In this document: piece by piece, positions 18,700 through 28,229 of the stretch
Layout of the letters: the number at the start of each line of letters is the position of its first letter
Numbering within the stretch: position 1 is the first letter of the stretch
From: an uncultured delta proteobacterium
GTDB lineage: Bacteria > Myxococcota > Myxococcia > Myxococcales > Anaeromyxobacteraceae
Assembly (NCBI GenBank): GCA_963845515.1
Contig: CAWJSR010000028.1
Coordinates: forward strand, 160,001-224,000
Reading direction: 5' to 3'
Length of the DNA stretch: 64,000 nt
Translations under genes and position numbers: made by a program
The notes under the pieces: generated by a model
What the model saw: the letters and a program-made list of their open reading frames with translations, nothing else
Told to the model about the DNA's origin: nothing
Database searches by the model: none

Positions 18700-18977
18700 C
18701 GCCTTGCAGGCGTACGACCTTACGAATTGGTGGACGGCAACGCAGCGCATGGAACGATTTCTCTGGTGGCTGCCGATAGCTTCCGGACACCTTCGTTCTG
18801 CAGTTCACCGCCAGCCCCTCCGGTGGACTCGTCTTCAATGCCGTCGCGACGGTGACCTACGTCTACGAGGAACGGGCGGCGGTCCCCGAACCGAGCACTC
18901 TGGCCGGAGTGGCCATGGGCCTGATGGCCTTGACCGCCACCGCGCGCCGGCGCGGCGGGTCTGGCCGCAAGGGCTGA
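18700..18977 (+). pseudogene. PEP-CTERM protein remnant (C-terminal part only)
   Basis: ...AVATVTYVYEERAAVPEPSTLAGVAMGLMALTATARRRGGSGRKG*. An in-frame TAG lies at 18777 and no signal peptide or start was found. Confidence 0.7.
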
Positions 18978-19008
18978 CGGCCCATGACGTCGGCCGCAGA
19001 GCCGCCGG

Positions 19009-19998
19009 CTAGCGTTGCGGCACCGCGGTCACGTCCAGCGCAGCCCGCAGCCGTGCCCAGGCCGCACACGCGAGGCCGTGCATCCACACGAGTTCCAGCG
19101 CGGTCCACTGCAGCGTGACCTGCAGCGTCTCGGGCGCCAACCGCCGGGCGCCGGCCGGCGCCGGCTCAACGAACCAGCCATGCGCCTGCGCGTCGGCCAG
19201 CAGATTGCGCACCGTGCCACGGCTGACGGCGGCGCGCCGCGAGATCTCTTGGGCGGTGATGGGCACCAGCGCCGTGCCGTCGGGGAGCGCCTGCATCGCC
19301 TCGGTCATCTGCAGGAACACGCGGTAGCCGTGGTCGTGGCGCAGCACCCAGGCCAGCGGCTGCGCGAAGTCCTCCCATAGGATGAAGCGGTCCTGCTCGA
19401 GCGCCGCCAGCCGGTAGCCGAACATCTCGCCCACCAGGCCCGGCGTGGCGATCATCGTGTCCACCGGCGCCGGCAGCGGCAGGGCTTCGTCGCCTTCGCA
19501 AGCGCGCAGGAAGCCGGCGATCCACTGGTGCAGGATGCCGTCGAGCAGCGGTGTGGGCTCGAGCGGACGAAATCGGGCGTCCATCACGTCCGCGCCGCCT
19601 GTCGCGGGCTGCAGCAGGCCGTGCAGCCGGGCATGCGCCAGCACCGCCTTCAGCTGCGACGCGCTGACGTGCAGGTGCGCCCGCACCGCGTGCGCGAAGA
19701 ACTGCGCCAGCCGGGTCGGGGTAACGCCGCTGAGCGGGTCGGCCGGGTCGCGCCGGTGGTGCAGCACGGCGCTGGCGATAAGCAGCAGGTAGCGCGGCGT
19801 GTTGCGGAACACGCTGCGCAGCGCCGGGTGGTCAGCCTGCACGCGCAGCCAGCAGCGGGCGAAGTGGCTGGCGCTTCGCTCGAAGCCCCCTCGCGCGGCC
19901 AGCGCGCGGCTGGCGGCATGCAGCGCGGCGCGGTCCAGCGTGCCGAACGCCCAGGCTTGCGGGTGCGTGCGCAACCAGGCTGGACGCCAGGGCGTCAT
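19009..19998 (-). CDS. Hypothetical protein with C-terminal wHTH (paralog of 1068-1766)
   Basis: ITAQEISRRAAVSRGTVRNLLADAQAHGWF HTH; the N-terminal two-thirds align by eye with the 1.1-1.8 kb ORF. Confidence 0.7.
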   Translation of the reverse strand: MTPWRPAWLRTHPQAWAFGTLDRAALHAASRALAARGGFERSASHFARCWLRVQADHPALRSVFRNTPRYLLLIASAVLHHRRDPADPLSGVTPTRLAQFFAHAVRAHLHVSASQLKAVLAHARLHGLLQPATGGADVMDARFRPLEPTPLLDGILHQWIAGFLRACEGDEALPLPAPVDTMIATPGLVGEMFGYRLAALEQDRFILWEDFAQPLAWVLRHDHGYRVFLQMTEAMQALPDGTALVPITAQEISRRAAVSRGTVRNLLADAQAHGWFVEPAPAGARRLAPETLQVTLQWTALELVWMHGLACAAWARLRAALDVTAVPQR

Positions 19999-20133
19999 TG
20001 GCGGGGCGGTTGCAAGTGCTGCGTCCAAGTTGGTGAATAGTGTGCCAGCCGGCCCGGCAAGCCTGCTTCGGCAGCACGGTAGGGGCGTGCCCTCTGACAC
20101 GCACCGAGACTGGGCGGCACGCCCGCGCGCGGG

Positions 20134-20380
20134 TTGGTCGATGCCGTCGACCTGGCAGCCTCCGCGCAGGTGGCGGACGAAGGACGCTTGCTGGCCTCGG
20201 TTTGCTTCCAGTGCCACGGAACGAGTGGCCCGAAGGGGGATCGGCACGCCGGCTGGCGTCGGCGAGGGGGACATGCTGGACAAGCTCAACAACGACGAGC
20301 GGACCAAGGACGCACGCAGCAGCATCATGAATCCGCATGCGCGGGGCTACCCGCTGATGGCCGGGTGCGTGTACCGTGCC
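20134..20380 (+). pseudogene. Class I monoheme cytochrome c, frameshifted/degenerate (ends approximate)
   Basis: GRLLASVCFQCHGTSG (CxxCH at 20203-20217). Removing one G from the G5 run at 20235-20239 continues as GIGTPAGVGEGDMLDKL...SSIMNPHARGY, supplying the distal Met. Confidence 0.7.
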
Positions 20381-20563
20381 TGTCGATTTCATCGCCACAT
20401 TGCCGACTGCCGGCCTGCACCTTCAGCGACTGCAATCGAGCTGGCAGACCGAAGACTCGTATGGCACTTGCCAGTCTTCTGCTGTCGATCGACCAACTTC
20501 CACAAGCAACAGCAAGGCACCGCCTGCAACCGATCAGATCTGGATGATCGAACGCATCCGGCA

Positions 20564-21605
20564 TCACACCGCATGGCTACGCGCCAGCGCCGCGCGCAAG
20601 CCGCCGAAGCGCCGCCGGTACTGCGGCGCCGACAGCTGCACCTTGCGCCTGAACAGCCGCCCGAAGAAGGCCGCATCCTCGTAGCCCACCTGCTCGGCGA
20701 TGGCTTCGACCGGCAGCGCGGTGGTCTCCAGCAGGTGCTTGGCTTCTTCGATGCGCAGCGTGTGCACGTATTCCAGCGGCGTCAACCCTGTGGCCAGCTT
20801 GAAGCGGCGCTGGAAGCTGCGCTCGGGCAGCTGGCTCAGTTCGATCAACGCCGCCACCGGCGCCGCGCTGGCGTAGTGTTCGGCGATCCAGGTCTGGCAG
20901 CGGCCGATCACCGCATCTTCCGACCTGGCGCGTGCGTGCCACACGCGCAAAGGGCTGCTGGCCGACGTGGTGCCAGTCGATCAGCCACACCTTGGCCACA
21001 TGCGTGGCCGCGTCGATGCTCACCAGCCGCGCGATCAGGTACAGCCCCAGGTCCATCCACGAGGTGCCGCCGCCGGCCATCACCAGGCGCTGGCCTTCGC
21101 CCGACACCACCAGTGAGCGCTGCGGCCGCACGCGCACCCGCGGATGGCGGCGCTGCATCGTGTCGCAGTAGGCCCAGTGGGTGGTCGCATCCTCGCCGTC
21201 GAGCAGGCCGGCGCCGGCCAGCAGCATCGCGCCGGTGCAGGCGGCGGTGATCAGCGCGCCGTTGGCCTGGCAACGGCGCAACCATTCCAGCTCGTCGGCA
21301 AAGCGTGCGTCGATCGGCTCGTCGGGGCTGACCTGCAGGTCGGGCACGCACACCACGTCGGGGGTCGGGCAGTCGGCGAGTGCGGCGTTGGCCTGGATCG
21401 TCGCGCCATTGGCCACCTGCATCGGGCCCGCATGCCGCCCGACGGTCATCGGCTTGAGCGCCGGCGCGCCCGTGCTGCCGTCGACGACCATCGGCCAGTC
21501 ACGCCCGGCGCTGTGGAACAGGTCGGTCAGGCCGTAGGCCACCGACGCCGTGCTGTACGGCGTGACGAGCACGGCGATGGTCGGCAGTGCAGCGGCGGGG
21601 GTCAT
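20564..21605 (-). CDS. GlxA-family (DJ-1/PfpI + AraC) transcriptional regulator, one indel near 20925
   Basis: AACTGAMLLA, ATTHW, GGGTSWMDL, then ERSFQRRFKLATG...VGYEDAAFFGRLF in the next frame. Confidence 0.9.
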
Positions 21606-21653
21606 GGCGGTCGGGCGGCGGTGGCAGGTCGACGCCCAAGTATCGCTGCGCAG

Positions 21654-21685
21654 TGGCGGAATCGTCAGGTTGCTTGCGGGAATCG
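21654..21685 (+). promoter_or_regulatory. 21-bp-spaced GGAATCG direct repeat, candidate AraC/GlxA-type binding site
   Basis: GGAATCG at 21658 and 21679, in the divergent gap between the regulator and the TTC38-like gene. Confidence 0.45.
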
Positions 21686-21759
21686 CTGCGGGCGTTCGGG
21701 CCTTGCACTTCTACGCTTCATGCACCTCAACTGAACGCCTTCATGGCAAAGGAAGCATC

Positions 21760-23103
21760 ATGAAACTGCAAGACCAACACGGCCTGGAACTGTCCACCTC
21801 ATCCGTGTCATCGGCCGCGGCCTACGACGCGGCGCTGGACCTGTTCAACAGCTGGCGCATGGACCCGTTGGCGCTGCTGGCGCCGGTGCTCGCCGACGAC
21901 CCGGACTTCATCGCCGGCCACCTGCTGCAGGCCGGGCTGATGCTCAGCGCCTTCGAGCTGCCGCTGCTCGCCGCGGCTGCCGAAAGCCTGAAGCTTGCCG
22001 CGGCCAGCCGGCACACGCCGACGGCGCGCGAGCAGTCGCTGCTCGCCGCGCTGACCGTCTGGGCCGGCGGGGACATGGACGCCGGGCTGAGCCGCCTGGA
22101 CCACCACCTCGTCGAGCACCCGCGCGATCTGCTGGCGCTGCAGTTGGCGCACGTCTGCGACCTGGTGCTGGGCCGCACGACGATGCTGCGCGACCGCATC
22201 GCCCGGGTGCGCAGCCACTGGAGCGAAGCCGACGCCGGCTATGGCTATGTGCTCGGCATGATGGCCTTTGGGCTGGAAGAAAACTTCGCCTTCGAGCGCG
22301 CCGAAAGCCTCGGCCGCCGCGCGGTGGAGCTGAACCCCAACGATGTCTGGGCGGTGCACGCGGTGGCGCATGTGTGCGAGATGCAGGGCCGCGCGGCCGA
22401 CGGCATCACCTGGATGAACGCCACACGTCCGGCCTGGCGCTATGACAACGGCATGGCGGTGCACAACCACTGGCACCTGGCGCTGATGCACCTGGCGCAG
22501 GGTGATCGACCTGCCGCGCTGGCGCTGTACGACGAGGCGGTGGCGCCCACGGCGGAAGTGCTGACCATGAACCTGGCCGATGCGAGTTCGCTGCTGTGGC
22601 GCTTGCAACTGCGTGGCCTCGACGTCGGAAGCCGCTGGTCGGCACTGGCGCGGCAGTGGCGTGCGCAGGGCGTGTGGGGGACCACGGCCTTCTTCGACAT
22701 GCATGCCGCGATGGTCTTCGTCGCCGCCGGCGATGCCGCGGCGCTCGACACGCTGCGCGTGGCGGCCGGCGAAGCGGCGGCCAGCCCGTCCGGCGACGCC
22801 CTCTGGCGCCGGCTGATGCTGCCGGTCATCGACGGATTCACGGCACTGCTCGACGGCCAGCCGGCGCGCTGCACCGAACTGCTGCTGCCGCTGTTGCCGG
22901 TGACCCAGCCGATGGGCGGCAGCCACGCGCAGCGCCAGGTGCTGCTGCTGACGGCGCTGGAAGCGGCGCGCCGCAGCGGCAACCGCGCGCTGACCGAGGC
23001 ACTGGCGGCCGAGCAGGCGGTGCACCGCATCGACGCTGCGCTGCCGCGCCGCAGTGCGGCGTCGACCCCCCAACCCAGCCCGCGAACGCTGATGACGGCC
23101 TGA
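21760..23103 (+). CDS. TTC38-like TPR protein (intact paralog)
   Basis: MLRDRIAR, GMMAFGLEE, WAVHAVAHVCEMQG, HNHWHLAL, DASSLLWRL, MGGSHAQR. Confidence 0.85.
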   Translation: MKLQDQHGLELSTSSVSSAAAYDAALDLFNSWRMDPLALLAPVLADDPDFIAGHLLQAGLMLSAFELPLLAAAAESLKLAAASRHTPTAREQSLLAALTVWAGGDMDAGLSRLDHHLVEHPRDLLALQLAHVCDLVLGRTTMLRDRIARVRSHWSEADAGYGYVLGMMAFGLEENFAFERAESLGRRAVELNPNDVWAVHAVAHVCEMQGRAADGITWMNATRPAWRYDNGMAVHNHWHLALMHLAQGDRPAALALYDEAVAPTAEVLTMNLADASSLLWRLQLRGLDVGSRWSALARQWRAQGVWGTTAFFDMHAAMVFVAAGDAAALDTLRVAAGEAAASPSGDALWRRLMLPVIDGFTALLDGQPARCTELLLPLLPVTQPMGGSHAQRQVLLLTALEAARRSGNRALTEALAAEQAVHRIDAALPRRSAASTPQPSPRTLMTA

Positions 23104-23227
23104 GGACGCAAGGCCGTGCCCGCGCAGGGCCTTGGGCTCCAGGGCCGGCAAGGATCGCTGCGACAAGCGGCCCGGGCCTGCCCCATGGTTCGACCTTCAA
23201 CATTCATTTCCCACAGGAGAAACCATC

Positions 23228-23944
23228 ATGTTCAGCAGAACACAGCTGTCGGCCGCCACGCTCGCACTCGCGATCGGCGCCGGCCCGTCCGCGTACGCGG
23301 GCACCTTCGAATTCGTCTTGCCCGACCTGGCCACCTTCGAAAGCTTCATCAGCGACGACCCCGGCCAGACCTTCCGTGGCACCGGCTTCGTCGGCATGAT
23401 CGACGACCGCTGGGGCAGCGGCAAGAAGACCTGGGCCCATGTGCTGGGCCTGGAGAGTGATTCGCTCAGCCGCACGCTGATGCAGCTCGAACTGGCGCCT
23501 CTGCAAGGGCAGAAGGTCGTGTCGGCGACGCTGCGCTTCAACATCCTGCACGGTGACGAACAAGGCACGAACAGTGTCGTGGTGCAGGGCTTCGATGGCG
23601 GCGCAGGCGATCTCGCGCTGTCCTGGGCATGGCCGGGCCATGCGCACGGCTCGTCGGTCGGCACTGCCACCGCGGGATCGGCATCGGCCATCGACATCAC
23701 GCAGCAACTGAAGTTCAGCGTCGACCACGGCCACGACTGGTTGGGCCTGCACCTGCAGGCCGTCGGCACCCGCAACCTGTTCACCGCGACACACGACTAC
23801 CCGTCGCTGCTGTTTCCCGACCGGGCCGGTGTGCGCATCGACGTCATCACCGCCGCGGTGCCCGAACCGGCAAGTTGGGCGCTGATGCTCGGCGGAGTGG
23901 CGCTGATGGCCGGTCTGCGCAGGCGTCCCAGGGCCGGCTGTTGA
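23228..23944 (+). CDS. PEP-CTERM sorting domain protein
   Basis: AGGAG SD, signal peptide, C-terminal [23 protein letters not shown]. Confidence 0.9.
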   Translation: MFSRTQLSAATLALAIGAGPSAYAGTFEFVLPDLATFESFISDDPGQTFRGTGFVGMIDDRWGSGKKTWAHVLGLESDSLSRTLMQLELAPLQGQKVVSATLRFNILHGDEQGTNSVVVQGFDGGAGDLALSWAWPGHAHGSSVGTATAGSASAIDITQQLKFSVDHGHDWLGLHLQAVGTRNLFTATHDYPSLLFPDRAGVRIDVITAAVPEPASWALMLGGVALMAGLRRRPRAGC

Positions 23945-24000
23945 TGCAGAACAGGCGCTGACGCTGCCCACCGGGCCTGCACGATCGGCACGAACGGGCA

Positions 24001-27000
24001 TCAGGTCCCACTGCCGTCCGCCTTGCCCAGGCAGCGCTGCATCAGCGCCTGCAGCGCCTCGGCATCGACCGGCTTGCGCAGCACGCCGCACACCCCGTGG
24101 TGCTGCGCCTGCTCGGCGTCGATACCCTCGGCATTGCCGGTGTACAGCAGCACCGGCAGGCCCGGGCGCAGGCGGCGGGCGCGCTGCGCCAGTTGCAGCC
24201 CGTTGAGCTGCGGCATGGTCTGGTCGGTGATCAGCAGGTCCAGAGGCTGAGCCGACTGCTCCAGCCAGGCCAGCGCCTGCAGTGGGTCGCGCTGCAGCAC
24301 GACCTGGAGACCCCAGCCTTCGAGCAGCTCGGCCATGAAGTCGCCGACCATGGCTTCGTCGTCGACCACCATCACCCGGCCCGCCAGCGGCCGGCCCACC
24401 GCGGCCTGTGCGTGCGCCTCGGGTTCGGGCCGTTCCCGGCCCTGCGCCGGCGGCAGCAGCACGCGAAACACCGATCCGGCCTGTGGCGCCGTCTCGACGA
24501 GCACATGGCCGCCATGGTCGTGCACGATGCCGTGCACCATCGCCAGGCCCATGCCCGACCCGCGGCCGACCTCCTTGGTCGAGAAGAAGGGCTCGAACAT
24601 GCGCTCCAGCGTGACGGGCTCGATGCCGCTGCCGTTGTCGGCCACGCTCAGCTCGACCCAGTTCGCCCGCGGCAGCTGCGCCCTGCAGGAGGCGCAGGTG
24701 AAGTCGCCGCTGCGTTCGCGCAGCCGCACCTTGATCAGCCCGGACGCGTCGATCGCGTCGCGCGCGTTGATGCACAGGTTGAACAGCACCTGTTCCAGCT
24801 GCACCGCGTCGGCTTCGACGCGGGCGCCGGCGTCGTCGCTGGGCAGCACGGCATTCACCGCCACCGAGGTCGGCAGCGTCGAACGCAGCAGCTGCAGTGT
24901 CTGGCGCACCAGCGGCGCCAGCGGCAGCACGCGACGCTCGCCGCGCTGGCGCCGCGCGAAGGCCAGCATCTGCGCGATCAGTTCGCGCGCGCGCTGCGCC
25001 GCCAGATGCGCCTTGTCCAGCTGGCGCTGCAGCCGCTCGTCGCCCAGTGTGCCGGCGCGCTCCTGCGCCCAGCACCAGGTAGCCGATGACGCTGGTCAGG
25101 ATGTTGTTGAAGTCGTGCGCGATGCCGCCGGTGAGCTGGCCGATGGCCTCCATCTTCTGCGCCTGGCGCAGCTGGGCTTCGAGTCGCTCACGCTCGGCCT
25201 CGGCCGCTCGACGCTCGGTGATGTCGCGCGCCGCGTACAGCACGTGCGGCTGGCCGCGGTAGGCCACCGGCACGCCGCGCACCTCGGCGCTGAAGCGCGT
25301 GCCGTCCTTGCGCGATGCCTGCACCTCGAAGCGCAGCGTCTCACCGGCCAGCGCCCGCTCGTGCTGCTGGCGGTACTCGCGCTGCAGCAGCGCGTCGCTC
25401 TGCGTCAGCACGCGGGTGGCGCCCAGCACCTCGTCGCGGCTGTAGCCGCTGAGCGCCAGGTAGGCCGGGTTGACCTCGACCGCGCTGTGCTCGGCATCGC
25501 GCAGCAGCAAGGCGTCGGCGGACGCGTTGAAGATCGCGCGGTACTGCTCTTCGCTGTCGCGCAATGCCTGCTCGGAGCGCTTGCGCTCGGTGATGTCGCG
25601 GCCGATGTACAGCACGTGCGGCTGGCCGCGGTGGCGGATCGGCACGCCGCGCAGCTCGATCTGGTAGCGCGTGCCGTCGCGGTGCAGGAAGGGCACCTCC
25701 AGCTCGACGGTCTCGCCGGCCAGCGCGCGCTGGTGCAACTCGCGGATGTGCGGCGCCACCTCGGTCGGGTTGGCAATGACGCGGTCCTGGCCCAGCACCT
25801 CGGCATGCGGCATGCCGCTCATGCGCTCGTAGGTGGCGTTGACGTCGACGATGCGGAAACCGGCATCGCGCAGCACCAGGGCGTCGGCCGAGGCGTTGAA
25901 GATCGCGCGGTACTGCGCCTCGCTGTCGCGCAGCGCCTGCTCGGCGCGGCGGCGCTCGGTGATGTCGCGGCCCACGCACAGCACATGCGGCTCGCCGCCG
26001 TAGCGGATCGGCAGGTAGCGCAGCTCGACATCGAAGACGCGGCCGTCCCTGCGCACGCCCTGGGTCTCGAGCAGGCCTTGCTGCCCGGCCAGCGCCTGGC
26101 GGATCAGCGCCACGCGCGCGTCGATGCCCTCTTCGGGTATGCGTGAGCCGAAGCCCTGCTCCAGCACCTCCTCGCGCCGGTAGCCGTAGACGCGCTCGAA
26201 GGCCTGGTTGACGTCGACGATGCGCACGTCGCGGTTCCACAGCACCATGGCGTCGCTGCTGCCGTCGAAGGCGGCGCGGTACTGCTCCTCGCGCATGCGC
26301 AGCGCGGCCAGGGCAGCATTTCGTTCGGTGATGTCGCGCGCCACCGACAGCACGTAGCTCACGCCGCCGAAGCGCACCGGGACGTAGCGCACCTCGACCT
26401 CGAAGCGCCGCCCGTCCTTCGACGGTACCTGCGTCTCGATGCGTCCCTCGATACCGGTGAGCGCAGCGCGCATCAGCGCGCTGCGCTGTTCCAGATCGGG
26501 CTCGCCTTCGCGCGCGCCGAGAGGTCGGCCGACCACGTCGTCGCGCGTCCAGCCGCTGATGCGCGTGAACGCCTGATTCACGTCCACCAGGCGCAGCTCG
26601 GCGTCCCACAGCCCCATCGCGTCCGCACTGCTGTCGAACAGCGCCCGGTATTGCTGCTCGCTGGCCTGCAGCGCGGCCAGCGCCGCCTTGTGCTCGGTGA
26701 TCTCGCGCGTGAAGGCCAGGATGTGGCGGCGCCCGTCGATCTGCACCGCCTTCAGCCGTACCTCGTCCCAATGCAGGCTGCCATCCTTGCTGCGGCTGCG
26801 CCACTCGAAGGGCGGGCAACGCCCCATGCGGGCCAGCTGCAGGTTGCGCAGTGCCTGCTCGGTGGTGTGGGGAGGCTCGTTGGCGCCGAGGTCGGTGGCC
26901 GACAGCCGTATCAGCTCGTCGCGTGTGTAGCCATAGGTCGTGCAGCCCTTCGGGTTGGCATCGATGATCTTGCCGCTGTCCCAGTCGTGGATGAAGATCG

Positions 27001-28054
27001 CGTCTTCGGCAGTCTCGAAGATGGTGCGGTAGCTGGCTTCCGAGCGGCGCAGCGCCTCGGTGGCGCGCAGCTGCTCGATCTCGGCCGCGGCGCGCACCGC
27101 GAAGATCTGCAGCACCGATTCGATGCGCTCCACGTGCAGCAGCGGCGAACGCGAGGCGATGGCGATGGTGCCCAGCGCGCTGCCGTCCTGGCCGAGCAGC
27201 GGGTAACCGGCATAGCTGACGATGCCCTCGAATGGCGCATCGGTGTCGTCGGGGAAGCGCTCTTGCAGCCGATCGGGGTAGACGCGGAAACGCTGGCCCA
27301 GCACGTGCTCGCACGGCGTGCCCTGGACCGGATAGCTCATGTCCTGCAGCATCTGCTGGTCGCACTGCATCGCCAGCATGCGCAGCGCCTGCGGTTCGCC
27401 GCTCTCCAGGCGCGAGATGAAGGCCACCTCGACGCGCAGGACGGCGGCGAGCAGGCGCACCAGCTCGACGAAGACCGAATCGCCGTGCGTGCCGGACACG
27501 GCCAGCGCGGCCGCGCGAAAGGCCTGGTCGACATGGCTGCGCTCGATCTCGGCCACCATGCGGCCGGCAAAGATCTTCAGCAGCGCCTCGGCCAGCGCGG
27601 CGTCGGCGATCGGCCGGCGGTGCATCGCAACCAGCAGGCCGAGTGGAGTGCCCTCGCTGTCGGCCAGAGGGAACGCCGCATACGAATCCATGCCCTTGGC
27701 GGCGAAGAGTGTGCCGGGCGGAAACTCGGCGGCGACACCGCTGGGCACATGGCGGAAGGCGCGCCCGACGACCCGGGCGCAGGGCGTGCCTTCGAGCGCG
27801 TAGTGGAAGTTCTGCAGCATGCGGCCGTCCATCACCGCGGCCAGCGTGCGCATCTGCCGCCGCGTCTCGTCGCTGAAGACGGCGACGAAGACGGTGTCCA
27901 CGCGCAGCGTGTCGGCCAAGTCGCGCACCAGGTCGGCAAACAGGTTCGGTCCGCCGCCCTGGGCCACCGCCTGCGCCGCGCGGAACATCGCCCGCGCGGC
28001 GTCGTCCCAGCCTGCGGGTTCGGTGCGCGCGGTCGAATGCTCGGTGGCAGCCAT
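24001..28054 (-). CDS. Cytoplasmic hybrid sensor histidine kinase: 2 GAF + 5 PAS + HisKA/HATPase + REC (one indel near 25068)
   Basis: Two GTPC..V.G GAF units; five SE..YR.(I/L/A)F....DA PAS units; H-box [31 protein letters not shown]; receiver VVDDE...LITDQTMP. No transmembrane segment seen. Confidence 0.9.
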
Positions 28055-28106
28055 CGGCCGTCAGTCTAGGCCGCAAAGCGCGCTGGCGGGCCCTCATTTC
28101 CTCGGC

Positions 28107-28196
28107 GACACGTCGCGGATACGTGGCGGATACATGACGTGCCGACGTCTATCTGCCGACAACACACCGGGCACGGCACGACATGGCCCGGATACC
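28107..28196 (+). promoter_or_regulatory. 11-bp-phased GATAC-like half-sites (candidate operator, site 3)
   Basis: GACACG 28107, GATACG 28118, GATACA 28129; then GACATG-gcccg-GATACC at 28180/28191. Confidence 0.7.
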
Positions 28197-28229
28197 GCCC
28201 GCGCAGATGCTCCACGGCAAGGAACACCC

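Noticed and set aside
23204..28054. 1616-aa kinase ORF as a single giant protein
   Set aside because: After the H-box the frame shifts near 25068. The real C-terminus is the 24001-24969 frame, and the rest is antisense to the PEP-CTERM gene.
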